Assembly: GCA_964016885.1 (NCBI GenBank)
Contig: OZ024742.1
Span: forward strand, 300,824,001-300,888,000
Source: Eledone cirrhosa
Lineage: Eukaryota
DNA: 64,000 bases
Direction: 5' to 3'
The position numbers and the translations under genes are program-made. Under the pieces are notes generated by a model. That model had not been told where the DNA came from, did not search any database, and was given only the letters and a program-made list of their open reading frames with translations. Within the stretch, counting starts at the first letter, position 1. Every line of letters begins with the position of its first letter. This document shows, piece after piece, positions 25,411 through 41,333 of the stretch.

Positions 25411-26741
25411 GTATATATATATATATATGTATATGTGTGTGTGTGTGCATGTGTGTGTATGTACACATACATACACACAAATAGGAAATTATGTCAACAA
25501 TTAAAAATATGAAAATGTAAAAAAAAGTTTCTGATAGCCAAGATAACTATTTAGAAAATTCAATGTTTAGGAAAAATAATTTTGAATATGCGTTTGCATA
25601 TAACAATGCGACATTGAAATGAAAAAGAATTCTCCAGCTCAGAAATTCCACAATAATAAAAGTTGGCTTGTTGTTTTTTTTGTTTTTTTTTACAAGTGGA
25701 GGCTGCAGTGATGAGATTAAAACAAAACCTATTATGAGAGAAATACAGGCTCTAAAGTTAACTAGAAAAAGAGAACATACTTTTGGAAAATCATGTTGCA
25801 TTTTTGTTGCAGTACACACAAGAGACACTTCCCAAAACTGTCAGGGCCTGCATCACTGGGGTACTGATGTTAGATGCTCTTTGGAAGAAAAAGTCTTCTC
25901 TTCTACCTTATGGTACAAAATATATTCCATTGTTTGACCTAAGTAGAAAAGATTAATTCTACTCGTTTATGATACTCTCACCCATGTGCTTGGCTTAGTG
26001 GATAAAGCGTCAGGCTTACAATGATGAAGTTGTGAGTTCGATTCTTGAACTAGGCTTTACGTTATGTTCTTGGGCAAAACACTTTATTTCACGTTGCTCC
26101 AGTTCACTCAGCTGTAGAAATGAGTTTGTAACATCACTGGTGCTAATCTGTATCAGCCTTTGCCTTTCCCTTAGACAACATCGGTGGCATGGAGAGGGAA
26201 ACTGGTATGCATGGGTGACTGCTGATCTTCCTCACACAACCTTGTCCAGACTTGTGCCTCGGAAGGGAATTTTCTAGGTACAAATTCCATGGCCACTTGT
26301 GACCGAAGGGGGTCTTTACCCACTTTACCCAGAATTAACAACATTATTATATATATGGAGGCACATGGCTTAGTGGTTAGAGCATTGGCCTTGCAATCGA
26401 AAGGTTGTGAGTTCAATTCTCAGACCGGGTGATGTGTTGTTTCCTTGAGCAAGACACTTTATTTCACATTGCTCCAGTTTACTCAGCTGTAGAAATGAGA
26501 TGTTAGGGACTGGGGTCCCTATCATTCCACTGCAAAGTGGTCGTGGAGGTGCCACGGCAAAAAAGCACCCAGCACTCACTGTAAATGAGGTTGGTGTTAG
26601 GAAGGGCATCCAGCTGTAGAAATCAAGCCAGAATCAGTTCCCGTCCCACCCTTGCAAGCAGGGAAAAAGCAGACCTAAAATGAAATGATGAAAATGAATG
26701 AAATGATTATCTTTAGACTGAAGATCAAACTCTGGCTATAT

Positions 26742-27400
26742 ACAACAGTCACATGATAAATTCACTATATATAGCTATGTCATATCTTAATAACATTCAC
26801 ATTGTGATAAATACACTATATATGCCTATGTCATATCTTAATAACATTCACATTGTGATAAATACACTATATATGCCTATGTCATATCTTAACAACATTC
26901 ACATTGTGATAAATACACTATATATGCCTATGTCATATCTTAATAACATTCACATTGTGATAAATACACTATATATACCTATGTCATATCTTAATAACAT
27001 TCACATTGTGATAAATACACTATATATGCCTATGTCATATCTTAACAACAGTCACGTTGTGGTAAATACACTATATATGCCTATGTCATATCTTAACAAC
27101 ATTCACATTGTGATAAATACACTATATATGCCTATGTCATATCTTAACAACAGTCACGTTGTGGTAAATACACTATATATATCTATGTCATATCTTAACA
27201 ACAGTCACGTTGTGGTAAATACGCTACATATAACGATGTCTTATCTTAACAACAGTCACATTGTGGTAAATACATTATATATATCTATGTCATATCTAGA
27301 TAACAGTCACATTATAATAAATACATTATATATATCTATGTCATATCTAGATAACAGTCACATTATGAAAAATTCACTACATATAACTATGTCTTGTGTT
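26742..27400. repeat. 57-bp minisatellite, about 11 units with a divergence gradient
   Basis: Unit cacattgtgataaatacactatatatgcctatgtcatatcttaataacatt...; gives the 19-aa periodicity in ORF 26753-27460. Confidence 0.93.
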
Positions 27401-27570
27401 GAAAATAGTCATTCATTTCCATCCAGAGATAACAATGAACAGAACACAAAAAGAACATGAAAAAGAATGGGATTGCAAAGTTTGAAATATAGAGATTATT
27501 AATGTAAAAAGATATTTATCTGTAAAATAATTTCTTCGATAATCAACAAGAGCTGTTGTTACACTTATAA

Positions 27571-28460
27571 TCAGTTTAACCCTTTAATGCGGTCCTTGCA
27601 GAAAAGGTTGTACCCAGTAATGCTGAAAACCCCATCACAGAGTAAAGAATGTGCCCATGTTTCCGTGACTGTGATGAAGTCAGGGTCGATGCTTCTAACG
27701 TAGGAGTTAAACAGATGTATCTTGTTGCATAAACTGCAAGCATTTAAGGACAACAATTTGTGCCCTGCTTGCAGTTTATGATGGTGTGTAGAGGGTGGCA
27801 GGTTGTTCTGGTTTAGTTTCCCAGAGTTGTTGCAGTTTTTTCATTGCCAGTTATTGTGGGTAGAGTACACTCAGACCAGCTGGTATCTCTCTTCCACGTT
27901 TCACCAGCCTTAACAAACCTCCAGATCTGCCCATCATCACGCAGACTAAAACTTTCATGTTGTGCTGAGTTCCGATTCAAGGAAGCTACAGCACGTAGCT
28001 TTGGACGTACATTGGGTGGTAGGCCTGGGCGTGTTCAGAAGGTAATCCTATTTTCACGCCCAGCTTTAACAGAGGCCAGATGATATGAAATTGCCTCAGC
28101 GGGGTCCGAAAAAGACAGCCTGATGAGTGTGGGTTTTGGACCAGGTCGACCAAGGCGGAGAGCACCCTTTGGGGGAACACAGCCTAGGTCTTTGGCTGAG
28201 CTGGCAGCAAATGCCTGAAGATCAGCCTTGTCCTCTGGTACCCCAATGGCAATTACTTCATGGGTAGCAGATTCCGCAGTCTTCTCAGTGTGCCCAGATA
28301 CGGCAAGAGGTACAGGATATTCTTTAGCAAGGCATTCCGATAAGACCCCTCATTACGCAGTCCTACCCGAATGCTTGATTTTATTCCTGTTACTTCCCTT
28401 CTTAAAGCAGAAATCATTTGTTGCAATTCTGCAAAATCTGTACTGGTCGATTGTTGTTGT
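27571..28460 (-). mobile_element. CR1-like LINE fragment (end of ORF1 and start of the ORF2 endonuclease)
   Basis: LSLNACSLCNK..DPDFITVTETW..ITGYNLFCKDR is an APE N-terminus of CR1/L2 type. Confidence 0.7.
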
Positions 28461-29254
28461 TGTTGCTGTTGCTGCTAAAAAAAAACATGACAACAGCTGT
28501 TGATGACATCTTCAATATTATAAATCTATAGCAAAATAAAAGAAAATTAACTGTGAACTATATGTATAGAGAACACCTGTATCTAATATTGAAATACTTA
28601 AGGATTAGATGAAGAAAAACCTGAATGAGTTTATTTCAATAGAATGCATACAATTAAACAGTTTATATTCAAAAAGAAAAAAAAAGAGTGAGATGAGGCG
28701 AGAGAGAAACAAAAGAAGTGATAAAAGACGTTAACACTAAATCACATATCTCAATGAAACTTAACGAAATTACATCACACTGTGCCAATTTCAATGATAA
28801 AATATTCATAAATACAGGGTGTCCCCCAAAAATATATACACATATTGATTACCTGTACAGGCAATATTTATTAGAATACTATTGAAGTGTGTATACATTT
28901 AGTGACCATCTGCTAGCTTTTGTGGCATATAATTAACTGCAGGAAGGTTAAGGGTGCCTGTAATTTTAAATATAAAATAATTGTTTCTACTTTTGGCACA
29001 AGGCCAGCAATTATCCCAGTGCATTACTGGTACTTTATTTTATCGACCCCGAAAGGATGAAAGGCAGAGTTAACTTCGGCGGGATTGGAACTCAGAATGG
29101 AAAGGGAAAATAATAACAGAGAACTCAATGAATGCCTTCGAAAAATAATCACATACTCTCAGGCTGCAAATAATAGTGGGGGTTGGACATTTGCTTAAAT
29201 TCTTATAAGCAGGGGCAGGGGTAAACGGGGGGGGGGATTGGTAATTGTATAGTG

Positions 29255-29490
29255 TCATCATCAACATCTTTTAACGTCTATCTTCCATGCTAGCATGGGT
29301 TAGACGGGTTTGTCCCATTAGAAGCAAGTTGGGTCAGGTGACCATATCTCACTCATACAGGACTGTTTCTAGCTGGTTTTCTACAGCTGGATGCCCTTCC
29401 TAAAGCCAACCACATTTACAGTGAGTACTGGGTGCCTTTTGTTGTGACACCTACACGACCACTTTACAGTGTGAAGTGGGTGCTTTTTGT
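29255..29490 (-). mobile_element. RTE-related short element with (GAT)n tail. Similar copies at 13085-13365, 18710-18790, 24015-24157, 30490-30680, 42895-42968 and 53915-54012
   Basis: Shared GGTGTTAGGAAGGGCATCCAGC and CCCGTCTAACCCATGCTAGCATGGAA...GACGTTAAA(GAT)n motifs. Confidence 0.7.
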
Positions 29491-31047
29491 TGTGTATGTT
29501 CATAGATATGGAATTTATTGTAATGTTTTTTTTTAATGTAAAATAAAATTATTTATTCCAGAGAAATATAGAAAGCGAGAGAGAGGAAATGAGAAAGAGA
29601 TATAGAGGAAGAATTGACTGGTACTTTTTTTTATCAACCACAAAAGGATGAAAGGCAAAGTTGACCTCAGCAGGATTTGAACTCAGAAAGCAGAGAGCTG
29701 GAACAAATACCATAAAGCATTCTATCCAACATTCTAATGACTCTGCTAAATTGTCACCTATAGATCATTATATAAAACTTTATTACAAATTACAGGCCTA
29801 TTTCTTTATTTCACAATCCTCCAAGATACTGAAAAAACTTTTATTAAAATAGATAAATTCATTGTGAAGTATAATTTACAGACTGTATGGATTCACTATG
29901 AATAAACAAATCAACTTCTTTGGTGTTAATTGAATTAATTGAAACTACTAATTGTATAGAAAAAATATATGTCTGCTATGGGAGTATTTATTGATCTATA
30001 AAATGCTTTTAATACTATTAATTTCAATATATTATGCAATAAATTAGGAATGTTTGTTATCAGGTTTGGGCTATTTATGAAATAAACAGCTATATAAAGA
30101 TAGGTGTGCATAAGTCAATGTGTGTGGACATTGTTTGTGAATATCAAGGGATCAGAATATAAAAAATACTGAAATTTGTTTTATTTGCAGATGATACAAA
30201 TATCTCATTGTTCTGAGAAGAATTTAGAACAGTTACAACAGAAATTAGAAAACTAAAAGTTTGATTACTCTTCCTATTTATATGACATGTTCCTGGCCTT
30301 TGACTGATTGCTTGATAAATAGACAGACAGACAGACTGACAGAGAAGCAAAAAGGTAGATAAATTTGATCAAATTACCAGTGAAATCTACAATAAAAAAA
30401 TAATGTTAAACATGAAGTAGGTTTACTTTATCAGGGATAAAAACCAACAACCTTTCAAGTGATAGTGCCACAATAAAAATTCGTCCAATACACTCTGCAA
30501 AGTAGTTGGTGTTATGAAGGTCAGCTGGCTATAAAACCTATGCTAAAAGGCTTGAGAGAACTCTTTAGTTATGTCATGGACATAACAACCTCTCTAGTGC
30601 TGGTGTCATGAAAAATACACCCAGTACACTCTGTAAAGTGGTTAACATTAGGAAGAGCAATCAGCTATAGAAAACCTGCCAAACAAAGGGGTGATAGGAC
30701 TCTTCTGTTGTATAAAGGACATGATGACTTCTACCAGAGAAAATAGATGTTAAATGAAAATGATGAGTTATTCTGTTTTAACAATCCTGTCATCAGTAAA
30801 AGAGCTAAACTAGTTTTATCTGTTGAAATGATTGTCAAAACAGAATGGCTATTTTGTAAGACAAATAAATTTACTCTGTTTACAACATTCTTATTTAATG
30901 TAAATATGTCATATGTAGCTGTTATTAATTAAAATTAATTTTGTTCTTTTTTTACTTTTGAACTCTTCTTTGTTTCATTCCGTTATGTAACTACAATATA
31001 ACTATACATACCAATATACACCCCTATATAACTATATACTAATATGC

Positions 31048-31314
31048 AGTGTACCCTCAGCATTTGCAGTCCCAACATTTGCGGTCCCAACTTTTGCGGT
31101 CCCGGTTATTCGCGGAATTTTTCTTAGAACCTAACTAATAATTGTTCGTGGAAACCACCGCATGGATTTGTAAATATCTTCCACAATTTTTTTATGGCTA
31201 TTTTCTTGGCAATATATGACGCTCCCTCTTTTTATCTTATTTTGACGTTTATAGGCATTTTTATGGACCACATCCAATATTCACAGGTGCTCGAGGAACG
31301 GAAGGACAACTGTA
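31048..31314. mobile_element. Tigger/pogo-like MITE remnant
   Basis: CAGT...ACTG termini followed by TA on the right; internal ttcgcgg/ttgcggtccc subterminal repeats. Confidence 0.5.
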
Positions 31315-31482
31315 TATTCTAATATATATAGAACTATATACACTCCCCTATGTAACTACTGCTTTTCTTTCTTATTTTGTCAACTCCTCACCACCATCAC
31401 CACTATCACTGCTGTTATATTCATCATATTACTGTCCATCAATATTCACATTATGTGATATATATATATATATATATATATA

Positions 31483-31855
31483 CAGGGTGTCCCCCAAAAA
31501 TGTATACATACTTCAACAGCAAAAAAAAAATGCATCAAAATTAATTCTGTTTTATATGCATTATTTAAATTATGGAGGGTGGGGTTTGGCAGTATCGGTA
31601 GAAGGTCGGACGCGATACTTTGCAGCATAGAGTTACGCCCCTTTATGGTCTGAGTTCAAATCCCGCTGAGTTTCATTTTGCCTTTCATGCTTACGGGGTC
31701 GATAAAATAAAGTACCAGTAATGTATTGGGATAATTGCTGGCCTTGTGCCAAAAGTAGAAACAATTATTTAAATTATGTAAACATTTTGGGGTGTTTACA
31801 TATGAATTATGTCTGTAGATAATCAAAGTGTGTATACATTTTGGGGGACACGCTG
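31483..31855. mobile_element. Tc1/mariner-type MITE with a nested SINE; related end at ~28815-28960
   Basis: TIRs CAGGGTGTCCCCCAAAAATGTATACA and TGTATACATTTTGGGGGACACGCTG in a TA context. Confidence 0.75.
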
Positions 31856-31891
31856 TGTATATATATATACTTATATAAGTTAATGTTAGGT

Positions 31892-32120
31892 TTAACCTTT
31901 TAGCATTTACATTACTCTATATATACTATTGTACTTTTGCGGTGAAGGCTTTATCTTACATAATTATCTCACATAATATCAAATCTATGAGATTTTGATA
32001 TTAATTATTTTGAGAACAATACCTTAACATTAGTATGAGCAGCCAGTTACAGCCAGTTCGAACAGAAAGAGGTGAGAGAATTCTGGCCAGATATGGCTGG
32101 TTTAAATGCTAAAGTGGTAA
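31892..32120. mobile_element. piggyBac-like MITE
   Basis: TTAA CCTTTTAGCATTTA ... TAAATGCTAAAGTGG TAA inverted ends; homologous to 13005-13537. Confidence 0.6.
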
Positions 32121-32492
32121 TACTTCAGAAAAAGAAGTTGAAAATACAATTGGAGTCTTTAAGAAGGTTTAGTTACAATAACTTATAACTTTAAAAATAG
32201 GTTGTTCTGAAGAAGAAGATCAATGCCACGAAGGGAGTATTAACCGTCTCTCCTTTTGCTGCATAAAAAAGGAGACGGTTGCCAAGTGTGTTTTAATATG
32301 GTACCAGCACTCAGCATATGTGTGTGTGTGTGAGTGTGTACAATCGAAGCTGTTAGTCAGATATTTGAAGCCAGCAAATATCCTCTTAATCCAATCATCC
32401 TACAGGGACACTACATGACCTGACCTAATTGATCTAAATTGATGGTTTTAGATCAACAACAGTGATTAATAACACAGTAGTCAGAACAGTTT

Positions 32493-32544
<52 letters not shown>

Positions 32545-32989
32545 TACACACACAGGCACATACACACACACACACACAAAGAACCACTTAACACAGACAT
32601 GAAAGCATATTGACACATTCTCTCATTTATGCAAGTACTATGTACAATATGTACAATATATAAAATATGTACATCATCATCATCATTTTACGTCCGCTTT
32701 TCCCTGCTTGCAAGGGTAGGACGGGAACTGATTCTGGCTTGATTTCTACAGCTGGATGCCCTTCCTAACACCAACCTCAATTACAGTGAGTGCTGGGTGG
32801 TTTTTTGCCGTGGCACCTCCACGACCACTTTGCAGTGGAATGATAGGGACCCCAGTCTCTATCATCTCATTTCTACAGCTGAGTAAACTGGAGCAATGTG
32901 AAATAAAGTGCCTTGCTCAAGGAAACAACACATCACTCACAACCTTTCCATTGCAAGGCCAATGCTCTAACCACTAAGCCATGTGCCTC

Positions 32990-35900
32990 CAATATGTACA
33001 TATTGTATATATTGTATATATTGTATATATTGTATATATTGTACATATATACAATATGTACAATATATACAATATATACGATATGTACAATATATACAAT
33101 ATGTACAATATATACAATATATACAATATGTACAATATATACAATATATACAATATATACAATATGTACAATATATACAATATATACAATATATACAATA
33201 TGTACAATATATAAAATATATACAATATGTACAATATATACAATATGTACAAAATGTACAATATATAAAATATATACAATATATACAATATATACAATAT
33301 ATACAATATATACAATATGTACAATATATACAATATATACAATATATACAATATATACAATATGTACAATATGTACAATATATAAAATATATACAATATA
33401 TACAATATACAATATGTACAATATATACAATATGTACAATATATACAATATATACAATATATACAATATGTACAATATATACAATATGTATAATATATAC
33501 AATATATACAATATGTACAATATATACAATATGTACAATATATACAATATGTACAATATATACAATATATACAATATGTACAATATATACAATATGTACA
33601 ATATGTACAATATATACAATATATACAATATATACAATATGTACAATATGTACAATATGTACAATATGTACAATATATACAATATGTACAATATATACAA
33701 TATATACAATATATACAATATGTACAATATATACAATATGTATAATATATACAATATATACAATATGTACAATATATACAATATGTACAATATATACAAT
33801 ATGTACAATATATACAATATATACAATATGTACAATATATACAATATGTACAATATGTACAATATATACAATATATACAATATATACAATATATACAATA
33901 TGTACAATATGTACAATATGTACAATATGTACAATATATACAATATGTACAATATATACAATATATACAATATGTACAATATGTACAATATATACAATAC
34001 ATACAATATATACAATATATACAATATATACAATATATACAATATATACAATATGTACAATATATACAATATATACAATATGTACAATATATACAATATA
34101 TACAATATGTACAATATATACAATATATACAATATATACAATATGTACAATATATACAATATATACAATATGTACAATATATACAATATATACAATATGT
34201 ACAATATATATAATATATACAATATATACAATATGTACAATATATACAATATGTACAATATATATAATATATACAATATATACAATATGTACAATATGTA
34301 CAATATATACAATATATATAATATGTACAATATATACAATATATACAATATATACAATATATACAATATGTACAATATGTACAATATATACAATATGTAC
34401 AATATATAAAATATATAAAATATATACAATATATACAATATGTACAATATATACAATATGTACAATATATACAATATGTACAATATATACAATATATACA
34501 ATATATACAATATATACAATATGTACAATATGTACAATATATACAATATATACAATATGTACAATATGTACAATATATACAATATATACAATATATACAA
34601 TATGTACAATATATACAATATGTACAATATATACAATATGTACAATATATACAATATATACAATATGTACAATATATACAATATATACAATATGTACAAT
34701 ATATACAATATATACAATATGTACAATATATACAATATATACAATATGTACAATATATATAATATATACAATATATACAATATATACAATATATACAATA
34801 TATACAATATGTACAATATATACAATATATACAATTTATACAATATGTACAATATATAAAATATATACAATATATACAATATATACAATATATACAATAT
34901 ATACAATATATACAATATATACAATATATACAATATATACAATATATACAATATGTACAATATGTACAATATATACAATATGTACAATATATACAATATA
35001 TACAATATATACAATATGTACAATATATACAATATGTACAATATATACAATATATACAATATGTACAATATATACAATATGTACAATATGTACAATATAT
35101 ACAATATATACAATATATACAATATATACAATATGTACAATATATACAATATGTACAATATATACAATATGTACAATATATACAATATATATAATATATA
35201 CAATATATACAATATGTACAATATGTACAATATATAAAATATATACAATATATACAATATACAATATGTACAATATATACAATATGTACAATATATACAA
35301 TATATACAATATATACAATATGTACAATATATACAATATATATAATATATACAATATATACAATATGTACAATATATACAATATGTATAATATATACAAT
35401 ATATACAATATGTACAATATATACAATATGTACAATATATACAATATGTACAATATATACAATATATACAATATGTACAATATATACAATATGTACAATA
35501 TGTACAATATATACAATATATACAATATATACAATATGTACAATATGTACAATATGTACAATATGTACAATATATACAATATGTACAATATATACAATAT
35601 ATACAATATGTACAATATGTACAATATATACAATATATACAATACATACAATATATACAATATATACAATATATACAATATATACAATATGTACAATATA
35701 TACAATATATACAATATGTACAATATATACAATATATACAATATGTACAATATATACAATATATACAATATATACAATATGTACAATATATACAATATAT
35801 ACAATATGTACAATATATACAATATATACAATATGTACAATATATATAATATATACAATATATACAATATGTACAATATATACAATATGTACAATATATA

Positions 35901-36390
35901 TAATATATACAATATATACAATATGTACAATATGTACAATATATACAATATATATAATATGTACAATATATACAATATATACAATATGTACAATATGTAC
36001 AATATATACAATATGTACAATATATACAATATATAAAATATATACAATATATACAATATGTACAATATATACAATATGTACAATATATACAAGATATACA
36101 ATATGTACAATATATACAATATATACAATATATACAATATATACAATATGTACAATATGTACAATATATACAATATATACAATATGTACAATATATACAA
36201 TATATACAATATGTACAATATATACAATATGTACAATATATACAATATATACAATATGTACAATATATACAATATATACAATATGTACAATATATATAAT
36301 ATATACAATATATACAATATATACAATATATACAATATATACAATATGTACAATATATACAATATATACAATATATACAATATATACAAT
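32990..36390. repeat. 9-bp minisatellite (TACAATATR)n, ~3.4 kb
   Basis: Direct observation; the first ~50 bp are in inverted orientation. Confidence 0.98.
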
Positions 36391-36985
36391 CATCATCATC
36401 ATCATCATCAACGTTTAACGTCCGTGTTCCACACTTGCATGGGTTTGGACGGGGGTAGTCCCACTTGAGGCAAGAGTGATTGTCTTGCTCGCATAGGACT
36501 GTCTGGCAGGTTTTCTACAGTTGGATGCCCTTCCTAACACCAACCACATTTACAGTGTGGGTCTGGGAGGTTTTTACCGTGTTGCCTACACGGCCACATT
36601 ACAGCGTGGACTGTGTGTTTTTTTGTCGTGACACCTACACGATCTCATTTGTTTCGGCCTGGATGGCGCGGCACCAACATAACTTTACATAGAACGGGGT
36701 GGTGTGGATGGGGTGGGGGTGGTGGTGGGACGGGGTGTATTTTGTTAGAGATGCCTACTGGCAAGGCGGGTCTTCTCTGTTACTGAGTACCGCCAAAGGT
36801 CTCGGTCCAGTGACATTGTCTTGGAGAGGTGTAAGTGTGTGAGGTCAGAGTTTATCAGCTCATCCCAGGTTTTTCTAGGTCTGCCTATTCCGTGGCTACC
36901 GTCTATCTTTATTGCCCTGCACTTTGTTATACAGCTATCGACTTTCATGCGCATCACGTGTCCATACCAACGCAGCCTTCTCTCG
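36390..36985 (-). mobile_element. RTE-clade LINE 3' fragment (second family) with long 3' UTR
   Basis: ORF remnant GRPRKTWDELINSDL..DRDLWRYSV; (GAT)n tail at 36390-36409. Confidence 0.8.
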
Positions 36986-36997
36986 AGTAAACAACAT

Positions 36998-38452
36998 CAA
37001 TATATACAATATATACAATAGTAAACAACATCAATATATACAATATATACAATATATACAATATATACAATATATACAATATGTACAATATATACAATAT
37101 ATACAATATGTACAATATGTACAATATATACAATATGTACAATATGTACAATATGTACAATATATACAATATATACAATATGTACAATATATACAATATA
37201 TACAATATGTACAATATGTACAATATATACAATATATACAATATGTACAATATATACAATATATACAATATGTACAATATATACAATATGTACAATATGT
37301 ACAATATATACAATATATACAATATATACAATATGTACAATATATACAATATATACAATATATACAATATGTACAATATATACAATATGTACAATATATA
37401 CAATATATACAATATGTACAATATGTACAATATATACAATATATACAATATATACAATATATACAATATGTACAATATATACAATATGTACAATATGTAC
37501 AATATGTACAATATATACAATATATACAATATATACAATATGTACAATATATACAATATGTACAATATATACAATATATACAATATATACAATATATACA
37601 ATATATACAATATATACAATATGTACAATATGTACAATATATACAATATATACAATATATACAATATGTACAATATATACAATATATACAATATATACAA
37701 TATATACAATATATACAATATGTACAATATGTACAATATATACAATATATACAATATATACAATATGTACAATATGTACAATATGTACAATATGTACAAT
37801 ATGTACAATATATACAATATATACAATATATACAATATATACAATATATACAATATGTACAATATGTACAATATATACAATATATACAATATGTACAATA
37901 TATACAATATATAAAATATGTACAATATATACAATATGTACAATAGGTACAATATATACAATATGTACAATATATACAATATGTACAATATATACAATAT
38001 ATACAATATGTACAATATATACAATATATACAATATATACAATATGTACAATATGTACAATATATACAATATGTACAATATATACAATATGTACAATATA
38101 TACAATATATAAAATATGTACAATATATACAATATGTACAATATGTACAATATATACAATATGTACAATATATACAATATATACAATATATACAATATGT
38201 ACAATATGTACAATATATACAATATATACAATATATACAATATGTACAATATGTACAATATATACAATATGTACAATATATACAATATGTACAATATATA
38301 CAATATATAAAATATGTACAATATATACAATATGTACAATATGTACAATATATACAATATATACAATATATACAATATATACAATATGTACAATATATAC
38401 AATATGTACAATATATACAATATGTACAATATATACAACATGTACAATATGT
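36998..38452. repeat. Second block of the 9-bp (TACAATATR)n minisatellite, ~1.45 kb
   Basis: Direct observation. Confidence 0.98.
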
Positions 38453-38747
38453 ATGTTTTTATTTGGGAATAATTGAAGCTACTTGCCAAGTGACAGAGTT
38501 TTTTTAAATAGGTGATTGAGTTAGTGTGTATATATATATGTAGGTGTATATATGTGGGTAAGTTAGTGTGTGTATATATATGTAGGACTACATATGTGGG
38601 TGAGTAAAATTTATATATACTCCACATCTGTCCTTCCACAATGCATGCATGTATGTATGTATGTATGTATGTATGTATGTATGTATGTATGTATGTATGT
38701 ATGTATGTATGTATGTATGTATGTATGTGTGTATGTATGTATGTATG

Positions 38748-41053
38748 TTCTTCTGGTTTTATCATTTCACAAATGTTTACCAATAGAGAGAGAGTCGGTT
38801 TCTAACATAGACACAAGACTCTCTCAGTGGAATTTACACAACATCAACTAGGTAGATTAAGTATGCATGCATGTGTAGATATGGATGTTATTGTATGTGT
38901 GGATGTGTATGTTTTGAGTTGTATGTTTACATGTGTATATGCTTTGTATCTATACATGTGTATATGCAGTTATTAGATGCAAAATGTTTGGAATGTTTTA
39001 CATATTTTTACTGTTCCATTAATGGATTTTACTTGTAATTTCCTAACTAGTTGTGTTCTTTCTGTTCCTGTGAAGCCTAGCTTCTCAAGATTTGTATTGA
39101 GGCAGTTACTAACATACCCCAGTGCCCCAATAATCACAGCTATAAATCTGAAGGTGTAATCAGGGTGGAGTATCTGCATATTTCTCATCAGTTCTGCATA
39201 AATATTCTCCTTTTCACTAATCTTTGATATTATATTGGCATCTGCTGAGCAGCTAGTTTCCACTACTGTACATGCTTTCTTCTCCCTGTCCCATATCATA
39301 ATATCTGGTCTGTTATGCCTGCATTTTATTGGGGTTTTTACTGGAACATTCCATCAGTACTCTTTTATATTATGTACATGGATGTCTTCCACATTGCTGT
39401 AGCTTTTAATGTGTTTATTATCGGGGCTATCTTTTTCACGAACTGTATTGTACAGTGTTTTGGCCACTACATCATGCCTCATAGTACCATGATGACATCT
39501 TTGAACAGCTGCTGATGACATGGGTGATATCCTCGATGTTAGTTCTGCAGAGTCTGCACTTGTTATCACATCTAGGTGTTTTGCCTGCATCCCTATCTCT
39601 TTTGTGAATCAGGTATTTTGTGTTAATCTCCTGTCCTTGGATTGCAAAAGTGTATCCTTCAAAGTGGGGGCCAATATAACGGTTGTTGGTCCAAGATAGA
39701 TTACTTTCCTTATCTATATTACTCTCACTCTGGAGCTTCCTGGCAGCGTATCCATGCATGATTTTTTGCTGATAGCATGCAAATTTTCATCCATGGATTC
39801 ACTGCGATACTGCTAAGCGACTTCCCTGGGTGTGAGTTTTTGATTATCACACAGGGAATATCTCTCGAGGAGTTCCTTCCCAACTCTCATGATCTTATCT
39901 GTTTCATGCAGATAGACTTGCTCAAGAAATGGGCTCCTACACTTCAAGGTTCGTAGATGTTTTCGGAGAGATATGATGCGACATTCAAATGTTGTCTGGA
40001 CTGATGTTAGGCCTCTGCCTCCCTGCTTACATTTCAAGTAAAGACGGTCTATGTCACTGTTGATGTGGAAGTTTCCGGCGTTGTTTAGTATTTTTCGAGT
40101 TCCAACATCAACTGTTCGGATTTCGTCTATCGTCCAATTGAGTATTCCAAACATTGGTGTTAGGACAGGCACAGCAAACACATTGTGAGCCACTGTTTTG
40201 TTTTTCACAGAGAGTTCCGATGACCAGATCTTTCTTAATTGGGTGTAGTATTCCCTGGTTATGCGTTCTTTATTACAGATACCATTATAGGATATGTTCT
40301 CATCTATCCCCAGGTATCTGTAGCAGTCCTCATCAGATATCGGTGAAACAGTTAGGCCATTGATGACAATGTTGCTAGATTGGGTTGTTGTTTTTCCCCG
40401 CTTTACAGTCATGTATGAGCATTTATCTTGGCCAAACTCCATTCCTATATCCTTTGAGAACGTTGTAACCAGGTCAAGATTTTTCTTCATCCCATCCATA
40501 TTCTTGGCATAGAGTTTCAGATCGTCCACAAAGAAATTATGAGTTAGGTTCATATTTCTGTCCTCCTGTGAGCCAATGATGTATCTCTCAAATTTCTTGA
40601 GCAGAAAGGACAAGGGATTTAATGACAAGATGAATAATATCACAGAGAGACTGTCCCCCTGAAATATACCCCTGCAATATTTTATTTTATCAGTGAAAAT
40701 AGAGTCCTCCCTCTCTGTCTTTAACCTTAGGATAGTAGCCCAAGAAGAAGACAGCCTCTCTATGGCTCTGACAATAATTTCTGGGACTTTAGCTAGTTGG
40801 AGGGCCTCTATCATCCAAGAGTGGGGAACAGAATCGAAAGCTTTCCTGTAGTCCAGCCAGACTGTAGCCATATTCCTCCTAAGTTGTCGCACCTCTGACA
40901 TCGCAGTTTTGTTGATTAGGAGTTGTTCGGCACATCCCCAAACCCCTTTCTTTCCAGCCGCTTGTTCATCTGTGATGATGTTATTATTTTCACAGTGATC
41001 TTGGAGGAATAGGTTCAGGCAGGCTGTATACATCTTATACATCAGGTTCTGGA
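38748..41053 (-). pseudogene. Decayed RLE-type non-LTR retrotransposon (R4/Dong-like) flanked by (CATA)n
   Basis: WLDYRKAFDSVPH, GIFQGDSLS, FFVDDLKLYA, GGRGL; CRLC..EDITHVISSC zinc knuckle; restriction-like endonuclease remnant; broken by stops and frameshifts. Confidence 0.85.
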
Positions 41054-41333
41054 ATGTATGTATGTATGTATGTGTGTATGTATGTATTGTTGACATGAGC
41101 ATATTGAAGTGTTGAGCAAATGTGCTTGAGCAGAAAAAGAAATCATGAAAAATTTTATAAGGTTAAAACAAACAGCATACTGTCATATTAGAACACACAT
41201 GATATATATATTGCTACCAAAAATTCTCACTGCTATCAAAAAAATCTCTATCCACTCCCTTAACTATTCTTCTAACAACTTCACCCCTCCCTCTTAATAT
41301 TCTCTATAAAAACCAAACAGCTTCTCAATAAAA

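Noticed and set aside
25780-25940. Protein-coding host exon
   Set aside because: Splice-like borders exist on the minus strand, but all three frames contain stops.
26357-26430. tRNA gene
   Set aside because: A and B boxes are present, but the sequence continues into a SINE body repeated many times in the window.
26753-27460. 235-aa ORF with a 19-aa repeat
   Set aside because: By-product of the 57-bp AT-rich minisatellite; no coding evidence.
32913-38783. Very long ORFs (ILY, YNM, IVH and YIQ repeats, up to 1145 aa)
   Set aside because: They are translations of the 9-bp satellite.
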